A stretch of DNA of 63,006 nucleotides, counting the filler, from Actinomycetales bacterium (GTDB lineage: Bacteria > Actinomycetota > Actinomycetes > Actinomycetales > CAVURS01), in NCBI GenBank assembly GCA_045807245.1. It is 4 parts of 4 records of this genome, joined end to end, with 100 filler letters (N's around TTAATTAATTAA, not from the genome) between each part and the next. Parts side by side here need not be neighbours in the genome. Positions count along the whole stretch, not along the records: positions 46,623 to 63,006 come from JBJMHS010000015.1; 3 more parts are not named here. The stretch is one strand, 5' to 3'. Position 1 is the first letter of the stretch. Each line of letters opens with the position of its first letter. Under the pieces are notes generated by a model. That model was not told where the DNA came from. It saw nothing but the letters and a program-made list of their open reading frames with translations, and searched no databases. Shown here one piece after another: positions 50,602 to 63,006 of this stretch. A program made the translations under genes and the position numbers.

Positions 50602-50907
50602 CTAGGTCAGGGCACGCAGGGTCGCAGCGACGGCCGCCCCCACCGCCACGACGACGAGGAACGGCGCGCGCAGCAGCAAGGCGACGGCGGCGGCGGCCAG
50701 TCCGGCGGCCCGGGCGTCCAGCACCAGCCGCCCCTGCGCCGTCACGGTCTGCACGGCGACCAACGCCGCCAGCAGCGAGACGGGCAGCAGCGCGCTGACC
50801 CGGGTGGCCCGGGGGTGCTCGAGCCAGGACGGCGGTACGACGTGACCGGCCAGCTTGGCGACGTAGGCCAGCACGCAGGACGCCAGGAGCGCAACCCAGA
50901 GCGTCAT
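50602..50907 (-). CDS. AzlD-family membrane protein
   Basis: Small hydrophobic ORF (LLPVSLLAALVAVQT) overlapping the azlC-like stop. Confidence 0.85.
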   Translation of the reverse strand: MTLWVALLASCVLAYVAKLAGHVVPPSWLEHPRATRVSALLPVSLLAALVAVQTVTAQGRLVLDARAAGLAAAAVALLLRAPFLVVVAVGAAVAATLRALT

Positions 50908-51665
50908 GCCGGGCGCTCCGACAGCGGCGACCGACCGGCCGAGCCGGCCCCGTCGGCGGCGTCCACGCCCCCAGGCCGCGCACCCATCACGACAGCGGCC
51001 AGGCCGGCAGCCAGTACCGGAACCCCCGCCGGTACGAAGGGCGACAGGACCATTGCGACGAACCCGGCCGCCACGGCGACCACTCGAGCCTCACCGGCCT
51101 TGAGCCGTGGCCAGAGCAGGGCCAGGAAGGCCGACGCTGCCGCCGCGTCGAGCCCGTAGCGCTTGGGGTCGCCGAGCGCGTTGCCGACCAGTCCGCCCAC
51201 CAGCGTCATGAGGTTCCACAGCACGAAGACCGAGGTGCCGGTCAGCCAGAAGCCCAGCCGGGACGCCGGTAGCTCCGACTGGCCGATCGCGACGGCGGTC
51301 GACTCGTCGATGGTGATCTGAGCCCCTACCAGCCGCCGCCACCCCCGGAGCCTGAGCAGGCGCGACAGTTGCAGGCCGTACAGACCGTTGCGCAGCCCGA
51401 GCAGGGTCGACGTGGCGACGGCGGCCACGCCGGACCCTCCCGCGCCGACGATGCCCACGAACGCGAACTGCGACCCGCCGCTGAACAGCAACAGCGAGAG
51501 CAGGCAGGTCTGCACGAGGGAGAGTCCCGCGGCGACTGACAGAGCGCCGAAGCTGACGCCGTACAGGCCGGTCGCGATGCCGACCGACAGGGACTGCCGC
51601 ACGACCTGCGCCCGGCGGGTCGCTGACAGCTCCTCCGGCCCGGCCGGTGAGTTGCGCGGGCTCAC
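50904..51665 (-). CDS. AzlC-family amino acid exporter
   Basis: YGVSFG, FSGGSQFA, LRNGLYG, IDESTA, GLDAA. Confidence 0.88.
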   Translation of the reverse strand: MSPRNSPAGPEELSATRRAQVVRQSLSVGIATGLYGVSFGALSVAAGLSLVQTCLLSLLLFSGGSQFAFVGIVGAGGSGVAAVATSTLLGLRNGLYGLQLSRLLRLRGWRRLVGAQITIDESTAVAIGQSELPASRLGFWLTGTSVFVLWNLMTLVGGLVGNALGDPKRYGLDAAAASAFLALLWPRLKAGEARVVAVAAGFVAMVLSPFVPAGVPVLAAGLAAVVMGARPGGVDAADGAGSAGRSPLSERPA

Positions 51666-52207
51666 CCGTCGTCCCGGAGCGAGGCGGCCAGGCGCACCTC
51701 GCGCAGCTCGGCCCGCCCGTCGTCCGTCGCGAAGGTCCGGCGGCCCCCGTCGTCGGCGAACCCGGCCCCGGACAGGAACCGCAGCCGAGCCTCGTCTTTC
51801 TCCAGGACCCACACCAGCACCCGCTCGAAGCCCTGCAGCCGCAACCGGTCCACGGCCGCGTTGAGCAGCCGCGAGCCGTGGCCCGAGCCCTGCGCGGACG
51901 GTGCGACGACCAGAGCGGCGATCTCGCCGGTCTCGGGGACCGACTCGGCGGCCGGCGCGATCGCGACGAACCCGACCACACCCTCCGAGCCCGCGGCGAC
52001 GAGCACCCGGTGCCCGGCGCCCGGCGGCCGGACAATGGCTTCGCGCCACGCCTCCGCCAGATCCTCGACCTGCAACGACGACAATGTGGCCGCGGGCAGG
52101 ACGTCCTGGTACGACGACCGCCACGCCGCCGCCTGCACCTGCCCGATGGCCGTCGCGTCGGCCGCCGTGGCATCCCGCACGCTCGCGTCCGCCGTCGGCC
52201 GGTCCAT
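51662..52207 (-). CDS. GNAT acetyltransferase
   Basis: AAWRSSY, VVGF, QGSGHGSRLL. Confidence 0.85.
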   Translation of the reverse strand: MDRPTADASVRDATAADATAIGQVQAAAWRSSYQDVLPAATLSSLQVEDLAEAWREAIVRPPGAGHRVLVAAGSEGVVGFVAIAPAAESVPETGEIAALVVAPSAQGSGHGSRLLNAAVDRLRLQGFERVLVWVLEKDEARLRFLSGAGFADDGGRRTFATDDGRAELREVRLAASLRDDG

Positions 52208-52231
52208 CGAGCCATCCAAGCAGCGGGCCAA

Positions 52232-53332
52232 TCAGGGCCGGTTGGCCCCTTCGGCCGCCACCGTCTCGTCGTACCGCGCGACGTACGCGTCGATCTCCGT
52301 CAGGATCCGCTGCTTGCGCTCGTCGTCCGCGAACGACTGCCGCACCGCTGCCCGAGCCAGGTCGGCCACCCCGGAGACGTCGAGGTCGAGCAGGTCCGCC
52401 GCCACGGCGTACTCGCGGAGCAGGTCGGTCGAGAACATCGGCGGGTCGTCGGAGTTGATCGACACAGGCACACCGGCGGCCACGAATGCGGGCAACGGAT
52501 GCTCGTAGAGCGAGGCCACGGACCGCGTCCTCAGGTTGGACGTCGGGCAGATTTCGAGCGGGATCCCTTGCACGGCAAGGTATTTCACTAGCTCCGGGTC
52601 CTGGATGGAGTGGATGCCATGCCCGATCCGCTCGGCGCCGAGCAGCCGCAGCGAGTCCCAGACGGTCTGCGGACCGGTCGACTCGCCGGCGTGCGGGACG
52701 CTGTGCAGCCCGGCCGCGCGGGCTCGCGCGAAATGTTCGGCGAACCACTCCCGCGGGACGCCGAGCTCGGGGCCACCGAGACCGAAGCTGACCAGGCCCT
52801 CGGGCTGCTGCCGCAGCGCGATGTCGAGGGTGAGGTCCCCGGCCGGGACGCCCGACTCACCGGGGATGTCGAAGCACCAACGCATCGTGACGTCGTGCTC
52901 GGCCTCGACCGTACGCCGAGCATCCTCGATCGCTTCGCAGAACGCCTCGGCCGAGATGCCGCGCGTCACCGACGAGTACGGCGTGACGGTCAGCTCGGTG
53001 TACCGCACGTTCATGGCCGCCTGGTTGACCCCGATGTCGCGCGTGAGGGTCCAGACGTCCTCCGGGTCACGCACCAGGTCGACGACGGACAGATAGATCG
53101 TGACGAAGTGCGCGAAGTCGGTAAAGGTGAAGTACTCCGCGAGCAGCGCCGGGTCGGCCGGCACCTGGGTCGTCCCGGCGTGCCGCTCGGCCAGGGCGGC
53201 CACGGTGTACGGCGCGGCGGAGCCCACGTGGTGCACGTGCAGCTCCGCCTTGGGCAGGCCCGCGATGAACGCGGCGAGCGGATGCACCTGCGTCGGCTCG
53301 TCGGCCGTGGTCTCGGGCGCTGCATGGCTCAC
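52232..53332 (-). CDS. add: Adenosine/adenine deaminase
   Basis: LPKAELHVH, PHAGE, RIGHG, CPTSN, NSDDP. Confidence 0.9.
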   Translation of the reverse strand: MSHAAPETTADEPTQVHPLAAFIAGLPKAELHVHHVGSAAPYTVAALAERHAGTTQVPADPALLAEYFTFTDFAHFVTIYLSVVDLVRDPEDVWTLTRDIGVNQAAMNVRYTELTVTPYSSVTRGISAEAFCEAIEDARRTVEAEHDVTMRWCFDIPGESGVPAGDLTLDIALRQQPEGLVSFGLGGPELGVPREWFAEHFARARAAGLHSVPHAGESTGPQTVWDSLRLLGAERIGHGIHSIQDPELVKYLAVQGIPLEICPTSNLRTRSVASLYEHPLPAFVAAGVPVSINSDDPPMFSTDLLREYAVAADLLDLDVSGVADLARAAVRQSFADDERKQRILTEIDAYVARYDETVAAEGANRP

Positions 53333-53415
53333 GGCCGGTCATTCTGCCCGGTCGTGCGTGTTACGCCTCGCTGCAGTTCTTGCGCCGCAGTGTTATATGA
53401 AGGCATACTCACCAG

Positions 53416-54360
53416 GTGGAGGACACCCCGCAGGCGCGGTTCGACCAGGTGATCGCCGCCGACCAGCGGGTCGAGCCGCGGGACTGGATGCCGGAGGCCT
53501 ACCGAGCGACCCTGGTCCGGCAGATGGCGCAGCACGCGCACTCCGAGATCATCGGCATGCAGCCGGAGGGCAGCTGGATCACCCGGGCGCCCAGCCTGCG
53601 GCGCAAGGCGATCCTCATGGCGAAGGTCCAGGACGAGGCCGGTCATGGTCTCTACCTCTACTCGGCGGCCGAGACGTTGGGGACCAGCCGCGAGGAGATG
53701 CTCGACCTCCTGCATGCCGGCAAGCAGCGGTACTCCTCGATCTTCAACTACCCGACGATCAGCTGGGCCGACATCGGTGCGATCGGCTGGCTGGTGGACG
53801 GCGCGGCGATCATGAACCAGGTCCCGCTGTGCCGTTGCTCCTACGGGCCGTATGCCCGGGCGATGGTCCGCATCTGCAAGGAGGAGTCGTTCCACCAACG
53901 GCAGGGGTTCGAGATCCTGTGGACGTTGGCGCGCGGCACCGAGGCCCAGCACCAGATGGCGCAGGACGCCGTCGACCGCTGGTGGTGGCCCGCGCTGATG
54001 ATGTTCGGCCCACCTGACTCCGGCGAGGCGGCCCAAGGCACGCACACCGAGCAGAGCATGGCGTGGGGCATCAAGCGGTTCAGCAACGACGAGCTACGCC
54101 AGCGCTTCGTCGACATGACCGTCCCGCAGGCCGAGAAGCTCGGCCTGAGACCGCCGGACCCCGAGCTGCGCTGGGACGAGGAGTCGCAGCACTGGCGCTT
54201 CGGTGAGATCGACTGGTCCGAGTTCCGCCGGGTGCTCAAGGGCGACGGGCCGTGCAACGCGGAGCGGATCGCCTTCCGGCGCAACGCTCACAGCGAGGGG
54301 CAGTGGGTCCGCGACGCCGCGATGGCGTACGCGGCCAGGCAAAGCGTGGGTGCGGCATGA
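53416..54360 (+). CDS. paaA: Phenylacetyl-CoA epoxidase subunit A
   Basis: [36 protein letters not shown]. Confidence 0.96.
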   Translation: MEDTPQARFDQVIAADQRVEPRDWMPEAYRATLVRQMAQHAHSEIIGMQPEGSWITRAPSLRRKAILMAKVQDEAGHGLYLYSAAETLGTSREEMLDLLHAGKQRYSSIFNYPTISWADIGAIGWLVDGAAIMNQVPLCRCSYGPYARAMVRICKEESFHQRQGFEILWTLARGTEAQHQMAQDAVDRWWWPALMMFGPPDSGEAAQGTHTEQSMAWGIKRFSNDELRQRFVDMTVPQAEKLGLRPPDPELRWDEESQHWRFGEIDWSEFRRVLKGDGPCNAERIAFRRNAHSEGQWVRDAAMAYAARQSVGAA

Positions 54361-54644
54361 CCGAGCGCGACTGGCCGTTGTGGGAGGTGTTCGTCCGTCC
54401 GAAGCGGGGTCTGTCCCACCTGCACGCCGGATCCCTGCACGCGCCCGACGCCGAGATGGCGCTGCGCAACGCGCGCGACCTGTACACCCGACGGCAGGAG
54501 GGTGTGTCGCTCTGGGTCGTGCCGGCCGCAGCCATCACCGCGAGCAGCGCCGAGGAGCGCGACTCGTTCTTCGACCCGGCCGGTGACAAGGTCTACCGCC
54601 ACCCGACCTTCTACGACGTTCCCGCCGACGTGGAGTACCTGTGA
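54357..54644 (+). CDS. paaB: Phenylacetyl-CoA epoxidase subunit B
   Basis: [40 protein letters not shown]. Confidence 0.95.
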   Translation: MTERDWPLWEVFVRPKRGLSHLHAGSLHAPDAEMALRNARDLYTRRQEGVSLWVVPAAAITASSAEERDSFFDPAGDKVYRHPTFYDVPADVEYL

Positions 54645-55432
54645 CCGGCACGCTGGTGCGCGTCGACACGCTCCCGCCGGTGGCGCAGTACTGCGTGCGG
54701 CTGGGTGACGACGCGCTGGTCATGGCTCAGCGGATGGGCGAGTGGCTGGCCCGGGCACCACAGATCGAGGAGGACATGGCCCTGGGCAACATCGGGCTGG
54801 ACCTCGTCGGGCAGGCCCGGGCGCTGCTGACCCGCGCGGGCGAGCTGTCCGCGGCGGCCGGCGGCCCGGCCTACACGGAGGACGACCTCGCCTACTGGCG
54901 CGACGACCGCGACTACACCAACGTCCAGCTGGTCGAGCAGGAACGCGGAGACTTCGCGGTCACGATCGTGCGCATGCTCGTCCTGTCGACCTGGCAGCGA
55001 CACCTGTACGAGGAGCTGACCGCGAGCGCCGACGCCGGGATCGCGGCAGTGGCGGCCAAGGCGGTCAAGGAGGTCGACTACCACCGCGACCACGCCCGTC
55101 AGTGGACCCTGCGTCTGGGGCTGGGCACCGATGTCAGTCGGGCGAAGATGACCGCTGCGCTCGACGTCGTCGCGCCGTACGTCCCAGAGTTGTTCGACGA
55201 CGACGAGCTCACGGAAACGCTTGCCGCACAAGGGTTCGCCGTCCAGCCGTCGGCGCTGCGCGAGCCGGTGGAGCAGGACCTCGACGCGGTGCTTGCCGAG
55301 GCCGGTCTCGCCTGGCCACAGACGACCTGGCGGTCCCGCGGCGGTCGCATTGGCATCCACTCCACGTCCCTCGGCCTGCTCCTCGCGGAGATGCAGCACC
55401 TGGCCCGCACGCACCCCGGAGCGGCGTGGTGA
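54641..55432 (+). CDS. paaC: Phenylacetyl-CoA epoxidase subunit C
   Basis: LGDDALVMAQR, EEDMALGNIGLDLVGQAR, KAVKEVDYH. Confidence 0.95.
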   Translation: MTGTLVRVDTLPPVAQYCVRLGDDALVMAQRMGEWLARAPQIEEDMALGNIGLDLVGQARALLTRAGELSAAAGGPAYTEDDLAYWRDDRDYTNVQLVEQERGDFAVTIVRMLVLSTWQRHLYEELTASADAGIAAVAAKAVKEVDYHRDHARQWTLRLGLGTDVSRAKMTAALDVVAPYVPELFDDDELTETLAAQGFAVQPSALREPVEQDLDAVLAEAGLAWPQTTWRSRGGRIGIHSTSLGLLLAEMQHLARTHPGAAW

Positions 55433-55947
55433 CCGCGACCCTGACCCGGCGACGTCAGCCGGCAGACCTGGAGGACGTACGCCGGGTGGTCGAGTCCGTG
55501 CCCGACCCGGAGCTGCCGGTCCTTACGTTGGGCCAGCTGGGCGTGATCCGCCGGGTCGCGCTCGAGGCCGGCCGGGCGGTCGTGGAGATCACGCCGACCT
55601 ACTCCGGCTGCCCCGCGATGGAGGTCATCGCCCGCGACGTTGCGGACGCCGTCCGCGCCTGCGGTCACGTCCCTGACGTCCGGCTCGTGCTGTCGCCGGC
55701 GTGGACCACCGACTGGATCAGCGAGGAGGGCCGAAAAGCGTTGCAGGAGGCCGGGATCGCTCCTCCGGCCCATCTCGCTGGAGGTCCGGTCCCGGTCCGG
55801 ATCGGCGTCCGGCCCCCGACACCGACCTGCCCGCAGTGCGGCGCGTCCGACGTCGAAGAGCTGGCCCGGTTCGGCTCGACCGCGTGCAAGGCCCTCTGGC
55901 GTTGTCTCGCGTGCCGTGAGCCGTTCGACTACGTCAAGCCCCTGTAG
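55429..55947 (+). CDS. paaD: Phenylacetyl-CoA epoxidase subunit D
   Basis: DPELPVLT, TPTYSGCPAM, WTTDWI, CPQCG, FGSTACKA, EPFDY. Confidence 0.94.
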   Translation: MTATLTRRRQPADLEDVRRVVESVPDPELPVLTLGQLGVIRRVALEAGRAVVEITPTYSGCPAMEVIARDVADAVRACGHVPDVRLVLSPAWTTDWISEEGRKALQEAGIAPPAHLAGGPVPVRIGVRPPTPTCPQCGASDVEELARFGSTACKALWRCLACREPFDYVKPL

Positions 55948-55962
55948 GGCGTCGACCCCACG

Positions 55963-57093
55963 ATGACGATGACCACCGAGACCACAGAGACCACCGCGCC
56001 GGGGCCGGCCCGCGTGCGCTGGCACGAGCTCACGGTGGCCTCGGTGCAGCCCCTGACGGAGGATGCGGTCGCGGTGACGTTCGACGTGCCGGACGACCTG
56101 GCGGCCGAGTTCGCCTTCGCGGCCGGTCAGCACCTCACCCTGCGCCACGACCTCGGCGGCCTGGACGTGCGGCGTTCGTACTCGATCTGCGTCACGCCGG
56201 CCTGGGCGCGGGACCACCGACAGCTCCGCGTCGGCGTCAAGCACCTCGGCGGTGGGGCGTTCTCGACCTGGGTCCTCGAGGAGCTGCGTCCCGGCGACCG
56301 CCTGCAGGTCATGGCGCCGCAGGGCCACTTCACCTGCTCGGCCCAGCCCGGAGCCGGCCGACATCACGTCGCCGTGGCCGCCGGCAGCGGCATCACCCCG
56401 GTGCTGTCGCTGCTCACGGACGCCTTGGAGCAAGAGCCAGACAGCCGGGCAACGTTGCTGTACGGCAACCGTCGTACGTCGTCGATCATGTTCCTCGAGG
56501 AGCTCGAGGACCTGAAGAACCGGTTCCCGGCCCGGTTCCACCTGATCCACGTGCTCTCGCGTGAGGCCCAGGACGTCGAGCTGTTCAGCGGGCGGCTCGA
56601 ACCGGAGCGGATCGGCCGCATCCTCGACCTGATGCTCCCGGTCGACACGGTCGACGAGTGGTACCTGTGCGGGCCGTTCGAGATGGTCACCGGCGCTCGC
56701 GAGCTACTGTCCGAGCGGGGGGTGGAGTCGGGTCACGTTCACCTCGAGCTGTTCCACGTCGGCGACGAGCCCCCGCCGGCCCGTTCCGAGGAGGACCGGG
56801 CAGCCGACACCGTCGCGGCCACGGTGACGGTCAACCTCGACGGCCGGACCACGCGGTTCGAGATGTCGAGCCGGGCCGAGACGATCCTGAACGCGACCCT
56901 GCGCGCGCGGCCGGACGCGCCGTACGCCTGCACGGGCGGGGTGTGCGGCACCTGCCGCGCGCGCCTGGTCACCGGTGAGGTCCGGATGGACCGCAACTAC
57001 GCGCTGGAGCCCGAGGAGCTGGCTCGTGGGCTCGTGCTCGCGTGCCAGTCCCACCCGGTCACGGACGAGGTCGAGCTCGACTACGACGCCTGA
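55963..57093 (+). CDS. paaE: Phenylacetyl-CoA epoxidase reductase
   Basis: RRSYSI, AAGSGITP, LCGP, CTGGVCGTC...ACQ ferredoxin motif. Confidence 0.95.
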   Translation: MTMTTETTETTAPGPARVRWHELTVASVQPLTEDAVAVTFDVPDDLAAEFAFAAGQHLTLRHDLGGLDVRRSYSICVTPAWARDHRQLRVGVKHLGGGAFSTWVLEELRPGDRLQVMAPQGHFTCSAQPGAGRHHVAVAAGSGITPVLSLLTDALEQEPDSRATLLYGNRRTSSIMFLEELEDLKNRFPARFHLIHVLSREAQDVELFSGRLEPERIGRILDLMLPVDTVDEWYLCGPFEMVTGARELLSERGVESGHVHLELFHVGDEPPPARSEEDRAADTVAATVTVNLDGRTTRFEMSSRAETILNATLRARPDAPYACTGGVCGTCRARLVTGEVRMDRNYALEPEELARGLVLACQSHPVTDEVELDYDA

Positions 57094-57572
57094 GAGCCCT
57101 CGGCGGGCGGCCCGGCTCGCTCGTAGCGGACGAACGCGTAGCCGTCCCGGGCGTCCCGAGCGACCTCGACCCACGCCGCACGGTCCAGGGGCGGGAAGAA
57201 GACGTCTCCCTCGAGGTACTGGTCCACCTCGGTCAGCTCGAGCGCGTCGGCCAGATGGATCGTCTGGCGGTACAGCTCACCGCCGCCGACGACGAACACC
57301 GGCCCGGGACCGGCCATCTCGAGTGCGGACGGGACGGAGTGCGTCACCTCGGCTCCGTCGGCCCGCCACCCGTGATCGCGAGTGAGGACGATGCTGCGCC
57401 GCCCGGGCAGCGGCCCGCCCATCGAGTCCCAGGTCTTGCGGCCCATCACCATCGGATGGCCCATCGTCAGCGCTTTGAAGCGGCGCAGGTCCTCCGAGAT
57501 CCGCACGGCCAGGTCACCATGGCGGCCGATGACCCCGTTGCGGCCGACCGCCGCCACCAGCGTGACCGTCAT
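57081..57572 (-). CDS. folA: Dihydrofolate reductase
   Basis: NGVIG, EDLRRFK, MGRKTW, PLPGR, GGGELY, GDVFFP. Confidence 0.94.
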   Translation of the reverse strand: MTVTLVAAVGRNGVIGRHGDLAVRISEDLRRFKALTMGHPMVMGRKTWDSMGGPLPGRRSIVLTRDHGWRADGAEVTHSVPSALEMAGPGPVFVVGGGELYRQTIHLADALELTEVDQYLEGDVFFPPLDRAAWVEVARDARDGYAFVRYERAGPPAEGSQAS

Positions 57573-58363
57573 ACGGCGATGGGCGCCTTGATCGAGGGGT
57601 GAGGGTCGTAGCCGGACAGCGTGAAGTCGTCCATCCCGAACTCGTCGATGGACCGCCGCTGCGGGTTAAGGGTCATCGTCGGCAGCGGCCGCGGCTCTCG
57701 GGCCAGCTGCTCGCGGGCCTGGTCGAGGTGGTTCAGGTACAGGTGCGCGTCACCCAGCGTGTGCACGAACTCGCCGGGCTGCAGGTCAGTCACCTGGGCG
57801 ACCATCAAGGTGAGCAGTGCGTACGACGCGATGTTGAACGGCACGCCGAGGAAGACGTCGGCCGAGCGCTGGTAGAGCTGGCACGAGAGCCGGCCCTGCG
57901 CGACGTAGAACTGGAACATCGTGTGGCAGGGCGGCAGGGCCATCCGGTCCAGGTCCGCGACGTTCCACGCGCTGACCAGGTGCCGGCGTGAGTCGGGCGC
58001 GGTGCGGATCGACTCGATGACGCCGGCGATCTGGTCGACGTGCCGGCCGTCCGGGGTGGGCCACGACCGCCACTGGTAGCCGTAGACGGGCCCCAGCTCG
58101 CCCTTGGCGTCGGCCCACTCGTCCCAGATCGTCACGCCCTGTTCATGCAGCCACTCGACGTTGGTGGACCCCTTGAGGAACCACAGCAGCTCGCCCACCA
58201 CCGAGCGCATGTGCAGACGCTTGGTGGTCAGGGCGGGGAAGCCGGCACCCAGGTCGAAGCGCATCTGGTGCCCGAACACGCTGAGCGTCCCGGTCCCGGT
58301 GCGGTCCCCCTTCTCCGTCCCGTTGTGGAGGACGTGGTCGAGGAGATCGAGGTACTGCCGCAC
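57569..58363 (-). CDS. thyA: Thymidylate synthase
   Basis: [34 protein letters not shown]. Confidence 0.97.
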   Translation of the reverse strand: MRQYLDLLDHVLHNGTEKGDRTGTGTLSVFGHQMRFDLGAGFPALTTKRLHMRSVVGELLWFLKGSTNVEWLHEQGVTIWDEWADAKGELGPVYGYQWRSWPTPDGRHVDQIAGVIESIRTAPDSRRHLVSAWNVADLDRMALPPCHTMFQFYVAQGRLSCQLYQRSADVFLGVPFNIASYALLTLMVAQVTDLQPGEFVHTLGDAHLYLNHLDQAREQLAREPRPLPTMTLNPQRRSIDEFGMDDFTLSGYDPHPSIKAPIAV

Positions 58364-58507
58364 GCTCGAAAACTAACACCGGCCGACGTGTAACGCCGGG
58401 AGCGGCACTGCCGATGTACTCGGTGGACCGTGTCGCTGCTCGGACCCCCGAGCGAGCAGCGACGCGGTCCGTTCGATGTCCGCTGGGGCGGCGGTAGCGT
58501 TGGGCCC

Positions 58508-59410
58508 ATGCCAGACCACGCCGATGCCGCCCTCGCCTTCGGCCGCGTGCTCACCGCCATGGTCACCCCGTTCGCCGACTCGGGATCGGTGGACCTGGAC
58601 GCCGCGCAGCGCCTGGCCACCCATCTGGTCGACCAAGGCTGCGACGGGCTGGTCGTGAGCGGTACGACGGGGGAGTCACCGACCACCAGCCCGGCCGAGC
58701 AGGACGAGCTGCTCCGCGCCGTCCTGGAGGCCGTGGGCGAGCGGGCCCGGGTCGTGGCCGGGGTCGGGAGCAACGACACGGCGCACACGGTGCAGCTGGC
58801 CCAGGCCGCCGAGCAGGCAGGCGCCCACGCGCTGCTCGTCGTCACGCCGTACTACAACAAGCCACCTCAGGAGGGGCTGGTCGCCCACTTCACCACCGTC
58901 GCCGACGCGACCGAGCTGCCCGTCATGCTCTACGACATCCCGGGCCGCACCGCCACGGCGATCAAGGCCGAGACGCTGCACACGCTCGCGACCCACCCGC
59001 GGATCGTGGCGGTCAAGGACGCCAAGGGCAACCTGTTCGAGGGCTCCCAGGTCATGGCCGAGTCCGGCCTGGCCTACTACAGCGGGGACGACCTGCTGAA
59101 CCTGCCGTGGCTCGCGCTCGGCGCGACCGGGGTGGTGTCGGTGGTGGCGCACGTCGCTGCGGACCGGTACGCCGCCATGGTGCGCTCGGTGGACGCCGGC
59201 AACATCGAGCTGGCCCGCAAGCTGAACATGGAGCTGCTCCCGATCGTGGCCGGGATCATGACCCGCACCCAGGGCGCCATCGCCGTCAAGGCGGCGCTCG
59301 AGCTCACCGGGATGCTCGCCAACCGCACCGTCCGGCTGCCGCTCGTCCCGGCGACCGATGACCAGGTGTCGGCCATCCGGGCCGACCTGCACCAGATCGG
59401 AATTCTGTGA
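58508..59410 (+). CDS. dapA: 4-hydroxy-tetrahydrodipicolinate synthase
   Basis: TAMVTPF, GTTGES, PYY, LYDIPGR, AVKDA. Confidence 0.96.
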   Translation: MPDHADAALAFGRVLTAMVTPFADSGSVDLDAAQRLATHLVDQGCDGLVVSGTTGESPTTSPAEQDELLRAVLEAVGERARVVAGVGSNDTAHTVQLAQAAEQAGAHALLVVTPYYNKPPQEGLVAHFTTVADATELPVMLYDIPGRTATAIKAETLHTLATHPRIVAVKDAKGNLFEGSQVMAESGLAYYSGDDLLNLPWLALGATGVVSVVAHVAADRYAAMVRSVDAGNIELARKLNMELLPIVAGIMTRTQGAIAVKAALELTGMLANRTVRLPLVPATDDQVSAIRADLHQIGIL

Positions 59411-61089
59411 CCCAGATCCCCTCGCTGCCCGCGCCACCACCGCTCGCGCCGGGCACGTTACGCATCGTGCCCCTGGGCGGGCTCGGTGAGATCGGGCGGA
59501 ACATGTCCGTGCTGGAGATCAACGGGCGCCTGCTCGTCATCGACTGCGGAGTGTTGTTCCCCGAGGACCACCAGCCGGGCGTCGACCTGATCCTGCCGGA
59601 CTTCGCCTACATCGACGACCGGCTCGGTGAGATCGAGGCCGTGGTTCTCACGCATGGCCACGAGGACCACATCGGCGCCGTCCCCTACCTGCTCAAGCTC
59701 CGGCCGGACATCCCGCTGGTCGGCTCCCAGCTGACGCTCGCGATGGTCGAGGCGAAGCTCCGCGAGCACAAGATCACGCCGTACTCGCTCACGGTCCGGG
59801 AGGGCCAGCGCGAGCGGCTCGGCCCGTTCGACTGCGAGTTCGTCGCCGTGAACCACTCGATCCCGGACGCTCTGGCCGTCGCGGTCCGCACCGCCGCCGG
59901 GCTGGTGCTCCACACCGGCGACTTCAAGATGGACCAGCTGCCCCTGGACAACCGGCTGACCGACCTGCGGGCGTTCGCCCGGCTCGGCGAGGAGGGCGTC
60001 GACCTGTTCATGGTCGACTCGACCAACGCGGAGGTCCCCGGCTTCACGACGCCGGAGCGCGAGATCGGGGCCGCGATGGACCGGGTCTTCGCCGCCGCGA
60101 GCCGCCGGGTCATCGTGGCGTGCTTCTCCAGCCACGTGCACCGGGTCCAGCAGGTCATCGACGCCGCCCAGGTCCACGGTCGCAAGGTCGCGCTCGTCGG
60201 CCGGTCGATGCTGCGCAACATGGGGGTCGCCCGCGAGCTCGGCTACCTGCACGTCCCGGACGGCGTGCTGGTCGACGAGAAGGCGCTGCACGACTTGCCG
60301 GACGACCAGGTCGTGCTCGTCTGCACCGGGTCGCAGGGCGAGCCGATGGCCGTTCTGTCGCGGATGGCCAACCGCGAGCACCGGATCGACGTGGGCGAGG
60401 GCGACACCGTGATCCTCGCCTCGAGCCTGATTCCGGGCAACGAGAACGCGGTTTACCGCGTCATCAACGGGCTGACCCGGCTCGGCGCGAACGTCGTGCA
60501 CAAGGGCAACGCCCTGGTCCACGTGTCCGGTCACGCCAGCGCCGGCGAGCTGCTCTACGCGTACAACATCGTGCGCCCGCGCAACGTCATGCCGGTGCAC
60601 GGCGAGGTCCGCCACCTGGTCGCGAACGCGCACCTGGCCGAGTCGACCGGCGTGCCCCGCGACCGGCTGGTGCTGACCGACGACGGCTCGGTCGTCGACC
60701 TGGTCGGCGGCGTGGCCAAGATCGTGGGCGCGGTGCCGTGCGGGTTCGTCTACGTCGACGGCTCGGGCGTCGGGGAGACCACCGAGGCGCTGCTCACCGA
60801 CCGCCGGATCCTGCGCGACGAGGGGTTCATCTCGATCTTCGTCGTGGTGGACACGGTGACCGGCAAGGTCGCGGCCGGGCCCGCCGTACAGGCCCGCGGG
60901 TTCGTGGAGAACGACGCCGTCTTCGACGAGGTGCTGCCCCGGATCGAGGACGCCCTGCTCGAGGCGGCGACGAACGGCGTGCGGGACACCTACGAGCTGC
61001 AGCAGGTCGTACGGCGGGTGGTCGGCAGGTGGGTCGGTGGCAAGCTGCGCCGGCGGCCGATGATCATCCCGGTCGTCATCGCCGCCTAG
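59407..61089 (+). CDS. rnj: Ribonuclease J
   Basis: PLGGLGEIGRNM, HGHEDH, HTGDFK, HVSGH, PVHGE. Confidence 0.96.
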   Translation: MTQIPSLPAPPPLAPGTLRIVPLGGLGEIGRNMSVLEINGRLLVIDCGVLFPEDHQPGVDLILPDFAYIDDRLGEIEAVVLTHGHEDHIGAVPYLLKLRPDIPLVGSQLTLAMVEAKLREHKITPYSLTVREGQRERLGPFDCEFVAVNHSIPDALAVAVRTAAGLVLHTGDFKMDQLPLDNRLTDLRAFARLGEEGVDLFMVDSTNAEVPGFTTPEREIGAAMDRVFAAASRRVIVACFSSHVHRVQQVIDAAQVHGRKVALVGRSMLRNMGVARELGYLHVPDGVLVDEKALHDLPDDQVVLVCTGSQGEPMAVLSRMANREHRIDVGEGDTVILASSLIPGNENAVYRVINGLTRLGANVVHKGNALVHVSGHASAGELLYAYNIVRPRNVMPVHGEVRHLVANAHLAESTGVPRDRLVLTDDGSVVDLVGGVAKIVGAVPCGFVYVDGSGVGETTEALLTDRRILRDEGFISIFVVVDTVTGKVAAGPAVQARGFVENDAVFDEVLPRIEDALLEAATNGVRDTYELQQVVRRVVGRWVGGKLRRRPMIIPVVIAA

Positions 61090-61189
61090 CGCTAGGCAGC
61101 GGGGCTGACGGCGGCCTGACGGCGACACGCACTGCCTGTGGCCGCTGAGACCGGTGGGGCTGAAGTGGTTCGCGGGTACGGTGGGCAGC

Positions 61190-63006
<1,817 letters not shown>

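Noticed and set aside
57081..58363. thyA-folA where some Actinobacteria have thyX
   Set aside because: Known, common variation at this locus

Overview
High-GC actinobacterial DNA made of four contigs joined by artificial N-TTAATTAATTAA-N linkers (23919-24018, 28141-28240, 46523-46622), so adjacency across the linkers is meaningless. Contig 1 has groEL with two CIRCE boxes, a SoxR-divergent split transketolase-like pair, ung, redox/lipid catabolic genes, signalling singletons (STAS, HATPase, ANTAR, NAD kinase), an orphan flbD-like gene, a two-component system with DUF4097, a secreted beta-propeller, and an MFS divergent from a SARP/BTAD-ATPase regulator. Contig 2 has a ribD-like end, ribA, a diaminopropionate ammonia-lyase-like gene, VOC and partial glnE. 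Contig 3 has SOS boxes, lexA, dinG/alkD, hflX, an allantoin/creatinine catabolic cluster, an rsmC-like gene, ggt and partial dapF. Contig 4 has pnp, M16 peptidase, dapB, azlCD, add, paaABCDE, folA-thyA, dapA, rnj and ftsK. I saw no tRNA, rRNA, CRISPR or transposase. Best leads: (1) an unannotated 8-10 aa Trp-containing peptide ORF coupled to the MFS under SARP-type direct repeats; (2) a highly structured leader before a C-terminally extended orphan FlbD; (3) the allantoin+creatinine cluster with a readable operator; (4) a SoxR-type 19-bp-spacer promoter on a leaderless transketolase-like operon; (5) a DinG with an extra C-terminal domain, sharing a bidirectional -10 with alkD. All family calls are from motif recognition by eye; no database search was run.
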